A DNA stretch of 64,000 nucleotides, taken from the NCBI RefSeq assembly GCF_009914755.1, contig NC_060928.1. The stretch is one strand, 5' to 3'. The notes beneath the pieces were generated by a model that was not told the origin of the DNA, searched no databases, and saw only the letters and a program-made list of their open reading frames with translations. This document shows, piece after piece, positions 10,214-26,300 of this stretch. Source of the stretch: the human T2T-CHM13v2.0 reference genome, Homo sapiens. A program made the position numbers and the translations under genes. Every line of letters starts with the position of its first letter. Positions within the stretch are counted from its first letter, which is position 1.

Positions 10214-12416
10214 GTAGCACCCCACCAACATGTTCATATTTAATTGATTCACTTCTTTATATCTGACTTTCTCTTACCCTGTACTCAGCTTTGAGGATGT
10301 GCTCTCCTTCCACTACTCCTGCCTTCATGATATGGCCATAGAAAAATATCACAAGAACACAATAACAATTAAGTAATTTTATTATAAGCACTACTTTTAA
10401 AAGGGGTAATCAAATGTCCCATATGAATTATGTGATTTTTTTAAAACAAAAAAACAAAATACATAACGTGTTCTTAGAAGGCGTATGAAGTTACTGAAGA
10501 AACTCCTTCTCAAACATAGTAGGGGCAAGAGCAGGTTTAGAGGTAAAGCCAGAATAGTTTTCTGAAGGCATCAAGCCCTAGTGTTTCCCACACTTTATGG
10601 AACGGTTTCGCACTCTTCATGTTCAGGTGAGCTCTTCATTTGCACTCCATCACATTTACAAAAAAGAGATAGATTTTTTTAACTGAAACCCAAAAAAGAA
10701 AATTAAAAATTCCTGAGAGAGATTGTTAATTACCCATGTAATAACAATTTTTTTCAGATGCAATGATAAATTAGAGGTTTAAACCTAGTTCACATTAAGC
10801 TGTGGGATATTTAAGATTCAAAACTTCTTGAGGGACTTTCAACTTGAGATACAGAGAGGAAATATGTTTTATATTGCCTTAGAAGTAAATTTTGCCATTT
10901 TTTAGAGCATTTCTCCAACTCAACCCTTTGTCTTTAAAGAATTTTCAAACTATACATAAAAATATAAGAGATTAAATAATTTTAATAGGCAAACTAAATA
11001 TAATATTATTTTTAAAAATATGTTCAAGGTTTGAAAACCTACAGTATGGTGGCCAGAGGAACCGTATGGCCTTGTTTGACTGCTAGATTTCCAGGCTATG
11101 TCTGTGGTCTTGGCTTAGTTATTAATAATACCCTCTTTCACTCTCAAAAATGTATGATTTGGGTGATTTATCATGGCCACACTGCCTGTAACTGATAAAG
11201 CCACGTGTTGCTCGCTTTTATTTTCTCTTATTTTTATTTTGCTTTCTTCAGGAATGAATTATCTTTTCTTTAATTTTCTATTGTAATTTTTTTTTCAGAA
11301 GTATAAAAAGATACTTCTTCAAGAATTTGATATTAAAACAAATTTAGTTATTTTCTTTGCTCTTTGAATTACTGGCACGGTCTAATCATCATTATATTCC
11401 AGTTTTAGAAAAATAAATAAAAGCACAGCTAAGGATTGCAATGTAAAAATATCTAATTTCTGCCAACTTGATTTAATATGACAATTAATAAAATGTATTC
11501 ATATTTTACATTTTATATGTATGTCATGAGAAACACACAGACGGAGAGACACAGAAAAACAACTGCACATACATGTATCCTAGAGAGAGCTGAAAAGTAT
11601 TGGTGTGCGTGCTATATCTAAAAACATTTTCTTTTTTTTTTAATATTAAGAAGGCTCTTTGGCATAAACAGCTTCAAAGCACAGCTTGAAATGGACCAAT
11701 TGTAGGGAACAGAGTGACAAACTTATGCTACCACGCACAACTCTGAATAGGCTTCCAGACAGCTAAAATGTGTCATTTAGAAGGAATGTGTCTAATTTAC
11801 CCATTGTTTAGAGGGATTGAAATACGCTGCTCTCACCTAGCTCCTTGGCAAGTATTTCAATTAAGTGGGCACAAAATTTATCCTAGTGCAGTGTTCTATT
11901 ATTCTGCTCTATAGTATATAATTGCTTCTCACTTTGGACTTGTAGAAGCCTTCCATTGTCAGAAAAATAAAATAACACATCTCTTTTAAGGTAATAACCA
12001 TAACTTTTCTTGGAGGAAATTCTTGTTTGGTAAAAAGCCTGTGATGCTGGAAGTACAGGGTTATTATTTTCATCAATGTATTAGAAAATAGTGGGAAACG
12101 TGTATAGCTAGTGAAATTTGTAATATGTGAAATATTAATCTGTATAAAAAAGCAAATCACATGGAAGATGGCATCATTATAATATTTTTATCATAGAAAT
12201 GATTCTTATATGCTGGAGATGAATCCAGGAAAAGGTTACAGAATATTCACTTCTCCCACTCGCGTTGAAGTAGTAAGAATTTAAAATAAATAAAGACCTG
12301 TCTTGGTTTTATTCTGCATTGTAAAACACAAACATTTTGATACACTCTGCTATCTTAAAAGTTGTTCAAATTATGTTACAAGTTTACTTCTTCATTGGGG
12401 TTTTTCAATTTGTTAA

Positions 12417-12798
<382 letters not shown>

Positions 12799-12865
12799 TA
12801 AACTTAGAATGTTGGAGTAATATTTAGTCAAACATTTTTTTTTTACTATCTTATTTATGTTTCTT

Positions 12866-13165
12866 TTCTTTTTTTTTTTTTTTTTTTTTTTTTTTGAGAC
12901 AGAGTCTCGCTCTGTCGCCCAGGTTGGAGTGCAGCTCACTGCAAGCTCCGTCTCCCGGGTTCACGCCATTCTCCCGCCTCAGCCTCCCAAATAGCTGGGA
13001 CTACAGGCTCCCACCAACACACCCGACTAATTTTGTTTTTGTATTTTTAGTAGAGACAGGGTTTCACTGTGTTAGCCAGGATGGTCTCGATCTCCTGACC
13101 TTGTGATCCGCTCACCTCGGCCTCCCAAAGTGTTTGGATTACAGGCGTGAGCCACCGCGCCCGGT
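12866..13165 (-). mobile_element. Alu (AluY-like) with ~13 bp deletion in the right arm
   Basis: gcaagctccg, ttcacgccatt and gttagccaggatggtctcgatctc diagnostics; long perfect TSD atcttatttatgtttctt. Confidence 0.95.
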
Positions 13166-13309
13166 GATCTTATTTATGTTTCTTTAAAACACCACACAAA
13201 CACACAGACACACATGGGCAGGCACTCACAGGTAGTATATAAACACATGAAAATGAAGGCAAACTTATGCATATTTACAGGGGTTGAAAATATCATGAGG
13301 AATAGAATA

Positions 13310-13450
13310 GCAGACAGTTCTGTTCTAGAGATCAGAAATCCCAAATTCTTGTCTCAGCTTTGTCAACAGATTAGCTATGAATACTTGCCTAAATTGGCTA
13401 CTTTTCTGGATCTTTATTTTCTCCTCATTGAATAAAATTTGTTTGCTTAT
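13310..13450 (+). mobile_element. MIR fragment
   Basis: ttagctatgaatacttgcctaaattggctacttttctggatctttattttctcctcatt resembles the MIR core. Confidence 0.5.
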
Positions 13451-13876
13451 AAACATCTAAGTATTCTTCAATTCTTCCTATTCCATTCTAGGAATAATTT
13501 AAATGTAAAAAATATATATATATTTATATATAACACTAATTTCACCAGTTTCATAACTTCTTTCAGGTTTTTGTTTCTGGTATGCGCCAATTTCTTTAAA
13601 ATTTACTTTTTTTTTTTCCAGAAAATATCATGATTGGTAAAAGATTCCTCTCCTGCAAAAACCAAATCTGAGTTTCTCAATATATTTTCCATGGACTGCG
13701 TGCTAAATCTCTAACCAAATATTTTTACTTTGTCACAATTATTATTGGTAGTAAACTTGAAATTCACAGACTTTCAGTCACTATCTTATGAGGTCAAACA
13801 ACAGGCACTGTGATATGACAGGGCTGACTCAACAGAAAGTCTCTGAACCTCTTCCTCACTTGTAAAAGCAACCCTT

Positions 13877-14257
<381 letters not shown>

Positions 14258-14589
14258 TTATTTTCTAGGTTTATCTTTCTGTTTGCATCATGTAAACCAA
14301 AAAATCCTTGTCATTGATTTCTGAACTTTATGATGGTTCTTATTAATGTGTTCGTTTTCTCATGCATAGAAATTACTCTGTCACAGATTGGACTAAATAC
14401 CCATAGCTTTCTACTAGTTTAAGAAGAAGACAAAATCTTAGGAGGTTAATGAGTTAGCTAAACTGCCCATTTTCAGTGATTTCATGTGGGCTTTCAGTTA
14501 TATTGTGAGCCCAGTCTCTAGGAATCTCATTTTTTTAGTGTTTTGCTACTTTCTGTATTGGAAATTCGTTTTGGAGATATGAGACTTGT

Positions 14590-15085
14590 GCAAACTATAA
14601 AAATGCCCCCAAATCTTTATTCTTTCCTGTATCTATATGCTTTGGAAAATGAATTTAAGGCTCCCCCCATTAAAAAGCAGATTCTATTTTTTGTGCACTT
14701 CAGAGCCGGACTTGTGACTTGCTTTGACTGATGTAATTTGGAGGAGGTAATGTCATACTGTTTCCAAGGACTCACAAAGGCTTCTGTGCCTCTGCTCAGT
14801 ATCTTAGAAACCTGTTTAGTATCTTGAAACCTTGAGAAGCTGTCACGAAAACAAACTTGGACAAGCAGGCTGGAGGGTCAGAGCCCTCTTGATGCAAAAG
14901 GAATCCATCCCAGCATAAGTCAAGCTAGACCAGTCAGCACCCAGTTCACCCAACCCCACAAAGATGAAAACATACAGCGGCTACTCACACCCCAACATCA
15001 CTAAATTGCCAATCCCTAGAATGTTAGTTGTTTTAAGTCACAAGGGATCAGGATAATGTATTACATATCTAACATTAACTGGCTC
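14590..15085 (+). mobile_element. MLT1 (F/G-like) MaLR LTR
   Basis: aaaatgcccccaaat..cttgtgacttgctttgact..ttgttttaagtcac. Confidence 0.65.
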
Positions 15086-17443
15086 TGGTTCAAGAAGATA
15101 AGTCACTCCATTGGGGATTTGTGTGGGAGGGGGGAATTGCACATGTGGTTTTCTTGTTTAATACATTAGAATATCTCATTTTGACTATAATGTGCTATAG
15201 AAAGTAGTCAAATAAGATGCCAGGGTTAAAATCTCTGTGTACTGAAATACTGAAAGTAATTGAAATTGCTTCAGAAGAATTTTATCCATAACAATATTGC
15301 ATTTAATGGTAGCATTAGATAACTATAGTAGCTGTGTAGGCACTTTTTCAATGGAAAGACAAGTTATACGGAGTCAGTGAATATGCGTATATGCCTTCAG
15401 TTTACAAAACAGAAAATTTTAAAAGATGACTGGAGCAGCATTTCTGCCATTCAAGAGAATAATGGGTCAATACTCATCGATACCAGGGAGATTTTCCAGG
15501 AATTTTGAATGTTCTAAGGGGATCTTTGTAATTCTGCTATAAATCCCTACCAAACAAATCTATACTATTTTCTGCAAGACCTGTGGTAGGTTCCCACAAT
15601 ACTATTAAATGTCAGTTTGGCATTGGAAACTGCTGTTTCACAGCAGAAACTGAAAGCAACCCTCATAGTTATGTTGGGAAAAGTAATAATTTGCAATTCA
15701 GGGGAATCTTAGACTTAAAAAAATCACTGACTTTCTCATGAGGTTTTAATTCAGATATCATTATCAAGGAGAACAGAGTACACTGTGCAATAGAATTCAA
15801 CAGCTTTCTCACTGAGCACTGCTTTCAAGTTTTCTAGCAAATTGATACTGTCATTATTCTATCAAAATAAACATTCATTGACTAATTATACAGTTCAGGA
15901 CATCACCTCTAGCTACTTTGCACAGTGTAAAGTTTCTTTGAAGTGTCAAAATATATTTGCTTTGTTTCAGACCATCTGTACTTGTGTCAGAGAGCTACTA
16001 AGTTTGGCTCTGGCTAAATGTGATACATTGCTTAGATATTGTTTCATGCCTTTTGTGACATTAGAGGCATTAATGTTATTGCCATATTTCCTATGTTAGT
16101 CAGAAATTTTTGAGCCTTCAAAATGATTACCCAAAAGTGATACCCAGTGAGTATTCAGCATCCTAATTTAGTGGTTAAATATGAGACTAATCTATTTCTA
16201 ACAAAATATTTATGGATGATTACTTTTTATGATATTCTTTTCAGTAAGAATTTACTTATGTTACAATGCTGAATATTTCAGAAAAAATAGAAGTTTCCTT
16301 TAAAGATAAAATGTATTTTTATAAATAAAATTAGCTCCTGATATATCAATGGATAATTTCCAATTTTAGCCTACTTAGATACTGTAAAACTTTGCTGGAG
16401 GTGTTTAGAAACATCTATCAACGATTCTTTTTAAGAAAGAACACTGGCATTTATTTGTAAATAAATATAATTATTATGGTATAAATGTGTGAAATACATA
16501 AAAATAAACATGGAAAACACATAAACACATATTTTTCAGAGAGGTTTTGAAATAATCTTTAAGTTAGTGCCAAATATTAGTATCATACATTGCTAAAGTA
16601 AATTAATTTAGTATTTTGAGTCAAATATTGTTTATAATGATATAGGTAGAATAATCAATGTGGTACCTTACTCTTATGAAATTGGCTTCTTATACATATT
16701 TTTTTCTTGGATGATGAAATCACCTATCAATCCTCCTATATTAGCTATCAATCAAATTAAAATATACATACACACATAAGTTAAATTATTAAAGTCAATA
16801 TTCTTTAATAGTTCAATTTGCTCCACCCATCAGAGTTTGATGTATGAAGTTATCTATTCTCCCATATCTCTATTCTCTAGTTAGAATATTTTGGTTATTG
16901 AATGAACACCCAAAGACCATGGTGAATTTTTCAAAATAACGGGAAAAAGAATTTACAGATGCCAAAACAAACAAACAAACAAACAAAAAACCCAAAAATT
17001 TTAGACCAGAAATTGTGACTTCATTAACCAGAGGCTACCTTGACAAGCTTTGCAGAGGTAATTTTCAACAATGGAGATAAAGTGATTTGCTAAGAGAGCA
17101 GAAGAACAGATCAGGCACAAATAATAACAAAAGACAGAAGCACATGCAGTGCCAAAAAGATAAATAAAAAACAGGAGCCTCATTTACTTATTTTCTAGGG
17201 TCAAACTCTTCTTTCCATAAGGAACAGTTACATTCTGTTACCATTCAGTCCCCATGGAAGACCTTCAACAAACCCCAACTTATGTGAGTTTACTGAAATG
17301 AACTTCAATTTCCAGCAACCAAATGCTTTAAAGCTAGAGTAAAGAAATAAAAAATTAAAGGTGGTAGCTTTATCTTGAACCAGGACTTCCTATGGTAATC
17401 GGATCATGTTGTTGAAAAGTGATTGGTTTAAAAGAATAGAGAA

Positions 17444-17735
17444 GGGCACTGTGGTGGCTCATACCTGCAATCCCAACACATTGGGAGACTAAGACAGGAG
17501 GATCACTTAAGCCCATGAGTTCAAGACCAGAATGGGCAATATAGTGAGACCTCATCTCTACAAAAACTTAAAAAAAAAATTAATCGGGCATGGTGTACCG
17601 CACCTGTAGTCCAGCTACTTAGGAGTCTGAGGTGGGGGTACTGCTTGAGCCCAGGAGGCTGAGGCTGAAGTGAGTCAAGGTTGTGCCACTTCAATTCAGC
17701 CTAGTTGACAGAAAGAGACCCTGGTCTCAAAACAA
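17444..17735 (+). mobile_element. Alu (AluJ-like)
   Basis: Diverged dimer with ggaggatcacttaagccca and gaggctgaagtgag AluJ-type arms. Confidence 0.9.
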
Positions 17736-19689
17736 TTAAAGAATATAAATATGTGTGTATATAAATATGTGTTTATATATGTATGTATTAATATATAAAT
17801 AAATATATAAAAACATATTCACATATGTATATATATGTATTCACAAAAAGAAGCAGTTGATCTGGCAACTGTCCATATATTTGAATTATCTATAGCAATA
17901 TTCCCCTAATTTAATGTTAGTTATTGAGCATCAATTCTATTTTCAAATAATAAACAGTTTTGACAATGCTATCTATGGCAGAATGTTGAAGTGAATCAAT
18001 AATTTTCATAGAAAAAAAATCTCATTGTTAGCAAAACAAGCCTATTAAACCTAAGGTTATTTCCTATTGCTTTCAACTTTTGAAAAATGCTAACACTGCC
18101 AACTAGATCTTCTTATAAAATTGGAAACAGACTGGTTATAGATATATAAGTCAGTGATACTGTGTCAGCATTTTCTAAATCTGTATTGGTGCTTTCATTC
18201 CAAGTATAATCAAGGCCAATCCTGAACCAGCCAACACATCTCGGAAATGTACAAAAAAACTTATGGGTATATCGATAATGATTTGCCCGTCTCCTTTACA
18301 GTACAAAGAAACTCTTAGGAAGCAAAATGTACAGCTGCCTCAGTGAGGGCATACAGGATCATGCAATACAAAGTATGCCTTAAAAATGCAGTTCTAGACT
18401 GAGAATACAGATAAAAGAGAACAGTCATATAATCATATAACAATTCGTTTATTTATTTTTGTAGTCATTGATAAGAAAAGATAAAAGATACTTATCAAAT
18501 GTCTACTCTTTGTAAAGTATTTTCAAAAGCAAATACTATCACTAAAGCTTTCCAGTCTACTAGAAGAAACATTATACATACATAAATAATTATACTCCAT
18601 TTTAGAAAGTCTAAAATTACCCAAAAGTACAGTCAAATAAATAGTCATGTTAGGCTACATTTTAGTGTGCTAACAAAACTTTTAAAATCTCACTCATGTA
18701 AAACTATGAAAGCCTTTATGCTCCCTGACGGTCAGTTAGAGCCTCTACTTTTCTTATTCCAACTCCAGAACCCAGTGACAGAACAGCCACTCTTAGCACT
18801 ATTGTTTGTCATGGCAGAAGAAACAAAAAAGAGCCATGGAAATTATTGAACTGGTATTAAATAATCCAATGAGGAAGAGACACAGGTCTCTTTTGTGGAA
18901 ATTGTATACAAATAGTAAAATTGACTCTTCCACTCATAAGAAGGTTAGAAGCAGAAAGCACAGCTTGAATGTACCCAAGAGGAGAGTAGGATTCATAACT
19001 AAGGCTGAATAGGCAATAAGTTAACTACAAAGAGTTGCATTTGATCAGATCTTCAAAGATGAACATATATTTGGGCATGTCGATTTTAGAGAAAACATTT
19101 TTCCAGACCAAAGGCACATCGGAAATAAAAATACAAGTGTGGGTATGCTGTGGAGCAGTGTACAGAGAAATGTCAGAAATGTCATTCAACCAGATACATG
19201 CCTGATGTCAAAGACATACAGTGCCTGATACTTGCTAAAGGCAGCCAGACATTCCCATTCAAACCACTGCGGTATGGGAGACTGAATCTGTTGTAAAATT
19301 GCCTCAGCTCCAACTAAGACAAAAGTGACTGAAGTTTTCACAGGGAGAACAGAAAGGAAACAAAAAAAAAGAGCTATGGGGGAAATGAAACGGGAAAGAA
19401 TAGGGACTAGGAGGATATGGGAAAAGGAAGATTATAGAAGGGAGTAAATGGAGAATTACTGAAAATGGCTTCGCTATGTGGGTTCATGTAGGTCAATGTA
19501 CATTTTGCAGCTTGGTAGTATTGCATTTTTTTTAGAAAAACCTCAGTATTCGTGGCCAGGGTCACCTTTAGGGACACAGATTAGTGCAGGTGGAAGCTGG
19601 GCTTAAGTTTGGTCTGGCCTCTTAGAACAGTGTTCATACAAGTCCTTTGTGCCATAAGAAAGTTCACACTGATGAGTTTTAAAAGTCTA

Positions 19690-20085
19690 CAAAAGGTAGG
19701 AATCAGGTTCTAAAGTAATCATGCCTTGTAACTTCATCTAGTCTTTTATAAAATCTGGGTGGATAAGAGAGTGATGTGATCAGAATTGGGATTAGGAAGG
19801 TTGATATGGAGACCGCGAAATGATATGTTAGAAGAGAAATGTAGCTAGAAGAATAATGACCAATTTGGATGTTAATGAGAAAAAACTATGTAAGAGATTG
19901 TTAGTGCATGAAAGGAGTATAAACTGAGATATTATATAATTAGTATGAATATAATCTGGGGGGCAAAAGTGGTGGGAAAAGCCAAGGAGGACTCAAAGTT
20001 TTAGAGCCTGCATAACTGCTAGAAATGGTTGTGATATCATTACGAGAAATAGAGAAAACTCTAAGAAGGGCAGGAGTGGACATAC
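19690..20085 (-). mobile_element. L2 fragment
   Basis: Purine-rich gagagtgatgtgatcaga..ggactcaaagtttt..gaaatagagaaaact. Confidence 0.5.
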
Positions 20086-20099
20086 TCATTCTAAACTTA

Positions 20100-20505
20100 A
20101 CAGCTTTCCCGGATTTGTTATGATCAGAGCCACTCCATACCTTCTGTTTACTCTGTGTGGTTTCACGGGGGAGTGGACGCTTATTCAGCCAGCGAGGGCA
20201 GTATCTTCAGGTCTTCAGAACAATCTCCAGGTGTACCACCTCTGTTGCTTCAGGTCCTGTGGGGTTACAGCTTTGGATCTGGTCCTCTGTGCTCTGGTAG
20301 CACTGCTTATTGCCTTAGTCCCTCCAGCCTTGTGGTTCCAGCAGCTTCCTGTGATAGGTAGGTCATCAGCAGATTTTTTCATTGCCCCCTATTGGTTTGT
20401 CAGCTTTATTATGAACTATGTGGACAATTCACTCTATTAAATTCTTCCCTCGGTTTGAAATAATAGATTGGTTTCTGTTTTCTTGGTTGGACTGTGGCTG
20501 ATGCA
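20100..20505 (+). mobile_element. LTR33-like ERVL LTR
   Basis: 3' end attaaattcttccctcggtttgaaata..tggtttctgttttcttggttggactgtggctgatgca matches the remembered LTR33 terminus; 5' boundary uncertain. Confidence 0.6.
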
Positions 20506-20806
20506 ACTTCTTAAAATAAAACACACACATAGTAGACAAAGATTATAACAATGGTTCATGATTTATGTGTGTAGGAAAGGGGCAGCAGTTGGCAGGTGTT
20601 GAGGGTGGGGTAGAATGAACAGGTAAATAAGATCACAGACCTGTTTTGGAGTCTGAGGACAGCTATTGATCTCTCCCAAAATTCATGCTGTATATTATGG
20701 GAGAGATCTATATACATACTTAAACACAGACATATACTAACAGATACATACAATAATATTCAAAATACTTATAAGGTCTCACTGAAGCAAGATTCATGGA
20801 CCTTCA

Positions 20807-21178
<372 letters not shown>

Positions 21179-21274
21179 TTATTGCTTATATGTTGATGGC
21201 AAAATTAATATGATTTTTTGCTATATTTATATTTATTATGAAACCTGGAGGAATTTCATATTGCTATTATAAGA

Positions 21275-21450
21275 TCATAGACACACAATGTTAAAAAGTA
21301 GAAGAAAAATTAGAGCTCACCCAATCCAACTTCATTTCCCAGAAGAGAAAATGATGTCCACATTTGTGAAATGACATGACTTAACTGCTGAGTTAGTAAG
21401 TTACTGGCAGAGAAAGAGCTGGTCCTGGGTCTTCAAGTGTCTAGCACATA
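21275..21450 (-). mobile_element. MIR/MIR3 fragment
   Basis: caatccaacttcatttcccagaagagaaaatga..gttactggcagag. Confidence 0.5.
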
Positions 21451-21799
21451 TGTCCTTGTCAAAATATAGCTGCTAACGGTTCCATGTTTTAGGAATATAA
21501 TAATGCAAAATGTGCTCCATTGTCCGGACATGTTTGATGGGTACAAACAAGGACGAGGAGAGGTCCTTTACATTTTGCAGATTCTAAGGTAAAAATAACA
21601 GTGCACACCTGTAGCACAATGTCATCTAATGCTCCCCTGTATGGAAAAACACTTACTCTTCACTCTATTAAATTATCTCCTAGGAGACTGGTTTCTCTCT
21701 GGTCTGGCACGAAAAGTATAAAAGAACAACTGGTTCAGTATATCAAGATGGGTGGGTGAAGGGAGAGGAAAAAGAGGGTTTGTAGGGAATCATTCCTAC

Positions 21800-22197
21800 T
21801 GTATTTTGCTGTTCTTGCCTTCCAGTAAACGCATACCTGAGGTTAGTAATTCATAAGAAAAGAGATTTAATTGGCTGTCGGTTCTGCAGGCTGTACACGA
21901 AGCATAGTGCTGGTTTCTGCTTCTAGTGAGATCTTCAGGAAGCTTACAATCATGGCAGAAGGCGAAGGGGAAGCAGGCATGCCACATGGCCAGAGTGGGA
22001 GTAAGAGAGATGCGGGGAGGTGCCAGCACACTTTTAAACTGGATCTTGTGAGTGCTCACTTACTATCAGGAAGACAGCATCAAGCTATGAGGGGTCCACG
22101 CCCATGATCCAATCACCTCTCACCAGGCCCCACCTCCAACATTGGGGATTACGATTCAACATGATATTTCAGTGGGACACATACCCAAATTATATCA
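21800..22197 (-). mobile_element. MSTA/MSTB solo LTR
   Basis: tgtatt..ggaagcttacaatcatggcagaaggcgaaggggaagcaggc..tatatca; TSD cctac/cctat. Confidence 0.9.
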
Positions 22198-22454
22198 CCT
22201 ATGAAGACAACAGAGTTGACTATTTATACAAAAAAAAAATGATTTTGTCACGTGTCTTCTATGTACAAAAGAAGAGATCAAAATATATATAAACCTATTA
22301 GCAGTTTTGTTCAGAATGTATTCAATTCAATATCTGCACTAATTACCCACACTGTGTAAATTCATTAGGTAATTGTGACGTAGAGGGCATAGCACTGGAA
22401 GAGAAGATAAAATGTCTGTGTTGTATGTGAGATTAAGTTCTTTAATCATTCTAG

Positions 22455-22797
<343 letters not shown>

Positions 22798-23694
22798 TTG
22801 TGCTCTTCTTTACCCCGTCTTCGTGGTGGACTCTTACTCAGCGTTTAAACTACGCCTTAAATCTCACCTCCACTGAGATGAATTCTTTGACCTTTCATGC
22901 TGACTTCTGCTCCCTTGCCTCACATCCTCTTGATACGTTGCGTACACTGCTATTCATGTACTCAGGAACAGCTTTGCTGTTGCCCCTTTCTTGTCTGTTT
23001 TTCTTACCGTGATGTACGTTGTATCAGTTCAGGGCTAAGCTGTATTTATATCTGCATTCTCAACACATTACGCTGTGGTTTTTACGCAGTGAACCTCAGT
23101 AAAGATATGTGAAATGACTTAATAAATGAATAAGATAATGAAACAAGGGTTTGAGGGTAGGAACATGTGTTCTTTCCTAGCTTTTTATGATTATTGAATT
23201 CTAATCTACCATTTACTTTGACAACATATATTAGTGCTGATCCCTTTTTTTTCTCTACTATCTAGGGTTCTCCTATGTTTTCCATTATGTAGCAGGTATG
23301 TCATCGATAATTATTCCATTTCTTGGAAGACCTCAAATGTATTCCATAAATTTTACCCCAAAATCTCCCAGGAGATTTTTATATCTTCTTTGCCATTTTT
23401 CTCATTTGGATTGGTCCCAGGAAGTATCCTAATTACTGTAAAGGCTGAAATGTATAATATAGGAAGTAGCTTTACAGGAGGGAAAGAGCATTCTTCCAAA
23501 TTGATAAAATTTTTTATAACTTCAAGCACTAATTACATAACAGTTTGTTTTTGAAGATTCATTTATCATTTTCTTCTTGAACACTTCAATCTCTAATAGC
23601 AGCCCTAAATACTATACCTCTATTTCTGTACATATTCAAGCCTACCTTGCATCTACTTGTCTGCCTCTCTGCCTCTTCTGTTCTCACTAAAATT

Positions 23695-23850
23695 ATATAT
23701 CTATATCTATCTGTATATCTATAAAAATATATAATATATATAAATATATATAATATATATAAAGATATGTATATATCTTTAGCCATTATGTGTATGTCTC
23801 CTCTTCTCATCTCTCTCCAACCTCTCTCTCTCTTTTCTCTCTCTGTCTCC
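23695..23850. repeat. (TA)-rich then CT-rich low complexity
   Basis: tatatatctatatctatc...ctctctctc. Confidence 0.8.
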
Positions 23851-25877
23851 CTACTTTTATCTTTAGCTTTTTTATTTCAGGGAAAGAGACATGTGCATGT
23901 ATAAACATTGATAAAAAGGATGCAGTAAAGGAGAGGCTGACAATGTGGGAAGCAGCAGTTATATTTTTCCTGAAAAGTAGATAAGGGACTGGGCAAAATA
24001 AGACTGAGCAAGGCTAGAAATAGAACCTTGGTCAAAATCAGGAATATTTCTTCTTTGATTAAAATCAGAAGGAAGAGGAAAGAATAGATGAGGACTTATG
24101 TCAATTCACAGGTAAAATATTATAAAATTGTGGTGGACAGATACCTTTGAGGAGTTGTGTGTGTGTGTGTCCACCCCCACGAATAAAGAGAGAGATGGGA
24201 ATACAGTCTGTAGGAACCTCAGCAGTTCAACATCATGTCATACATAACCTCTACCCAGAAAACTGTTTGCATCATGCTCTGTCACCTTTCTCTTCATTCC
24301 TTTTCATGTTATCTCTGCAGGCCCAGGTTCTGGGGAGAGATGCAAAGTGCTGAGGAAATTTTTCTGCCAGTTCAATCTCCCTTTAGGAAATCATGGATAC
24401 CTGCAAAGATGCAAATTCTGGCTTAAGTATATTTTACATTAATTAATTTTATGGGATCTCTGGTTAGTGTGAATATTGTGAAATCTATAAAGTTTTGAAT
24501 TATTTATAGATCATTTACCACTGTTGAGACATTAATAGAATTGTTCTTTGCCATGGTTTCACTAAGTTAACTTGATACAAAATCATCTGGCTTTCACCTC
24601 AGGGGATAGAAGTTGGGGCATAATTAAAGATAACGAGGAACATCTATATATTACAATTTTTTTTCATAGAATGAAACAAACTTTTTTTCAGCTTTGTACT
24701 GTGAATAGAAAGGAAGCCTAATGAAACTAAGGTACTGGATTTCCCCTATGAACGTGGTTTATAGAAAATTTTGCTCAGACTTTTGGATAATACTCAGAAA
24801 TAAGAATTTATAGAAAGTGACTCTTTATCCAGGAATATCCTCAACACTTCTTATTTTCCACCTTGTCATTTAATTTTTTAGCACCCATTCAAATTTCCAA
24901 GCTACATTGTTTGTCTGGGACAAATAGATAAATGATAGTGTCATGTAACAGTTTACCCAACCCGTTAGCTCACAATTGTTTTCTGTACATTTACTGAGAT
25001 ATAATCAAGCTATTTCTCTTTACTTGGACTGACTTACTCTCTGCGTGTATATCCAGAACATCTTACAGTTGCAGTTGGGTCCGTGACATCAACATGCAGA
25101 AATCAAGAACACATTTGTTATTGAGAAAGTCATTGATTTGGCCAAGTGTAATGTGTCAGCTGTTAGTGCCATCACTGTTCTTCAGAGCAGACGAGGAGGC
25201 TCCCGAACACTTAACTTTTCATTAACTATATATTTATAAATGCCATCATTGTTTTAATCACATATTCCTGTTTAGTGTACATATGTGGTTTATCAACATT
25301 GTATAAGCCATTGCCCTAAGGACTAGAGGCATGTAAAAAAGAATGTGTTCCTTATATTAAGTGGTTAATAATTGCTTGTTAACAATTTTAACTCTAGAAT
25401 AAATTTCTCTCTCTGAAGGGCCCTGAATCTTTATGTGAATATTGCCTATTTATCACATTTGGAGCCAAGTGAACATTAAAAAATAAATAAAACTTTAAAG
25501 AAAAATTCTCATACATACAGACACATACTTTTTTTTGAAATCAAGAAACCACTTCATCACTCTCTCCCATATGTATATAATCTGGCTAAATACAGGGTAG
25601 TTACAGAGCTTTCTGAGGAATAATTTGTTTATCGAATGGATGACCACTCAAGAAATTATCATAGATGAATTTTGCTGAATAAAATTATTCATTTCATGAT
25701 ATCTTTACTGGTTTCTACCTTTGTCACCTGGCTCTAAAATCAAAGTCAAATCATGATATAAAATGCACAACCTTAATATTTCTTATGTATTTTTAAAAAG
25801 AACAAACAAATATTTACAACCTTGTAGATATTTTTAAATATAAGAACCACAAAAAAATCTGGTGTCAGATTTTTTTG

Positions 25878-26295
25878 TGTGTCTGTCTGCTATCAATCTG
25901 CAACAAAGCACCCCAAACCTAAGAGGCTTATGAGAATAAGCATTTTTGCTTACTTACTTGCTTATAGATTATTTGGGGGTATCAAACTGTCATGCCAGCT
26001 CTGCAGACCTCTGCTGTCCTTGGCTAGTTTTAGTTCCAGGCCATGGGTAAAGGTGGATGTCTGCTCTGTGCTCCTCCACTACCCCACAGGACCATCAAAC
26101 CACTCAACATGTCCTGGTAGTAGAGACAGAAGGCAGGTGAGAAAGTCCAGTGCAAAAGCACATTTCTAACCTCTGCTTACAGCACATCGGCTGATATCCC
26201 ACAGGCTAAAGCTATAAGTTCAAGCCCAAAGTTGAAGAGAGGAGAAATATACTCCTTTCATGGAAATGGGTAGAATGGCAAAGAACATTCTAACA
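25878..26295 (-). mobile_element. Old MLT1 (H/I/J-like) LTR
   Basis: aacaaagcaccccaaacct..gcacatttctaacctctgctt..ggctaaagc..aagcccaaagt. Confidence 0.6.
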
Positions 26296-26300
26296 TATAC

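Noticed and set aside
19210-19660. Possible old LTR fragment between L2 pieces
   Set aside because: I could not assign a family or boundaries with enough confidence.
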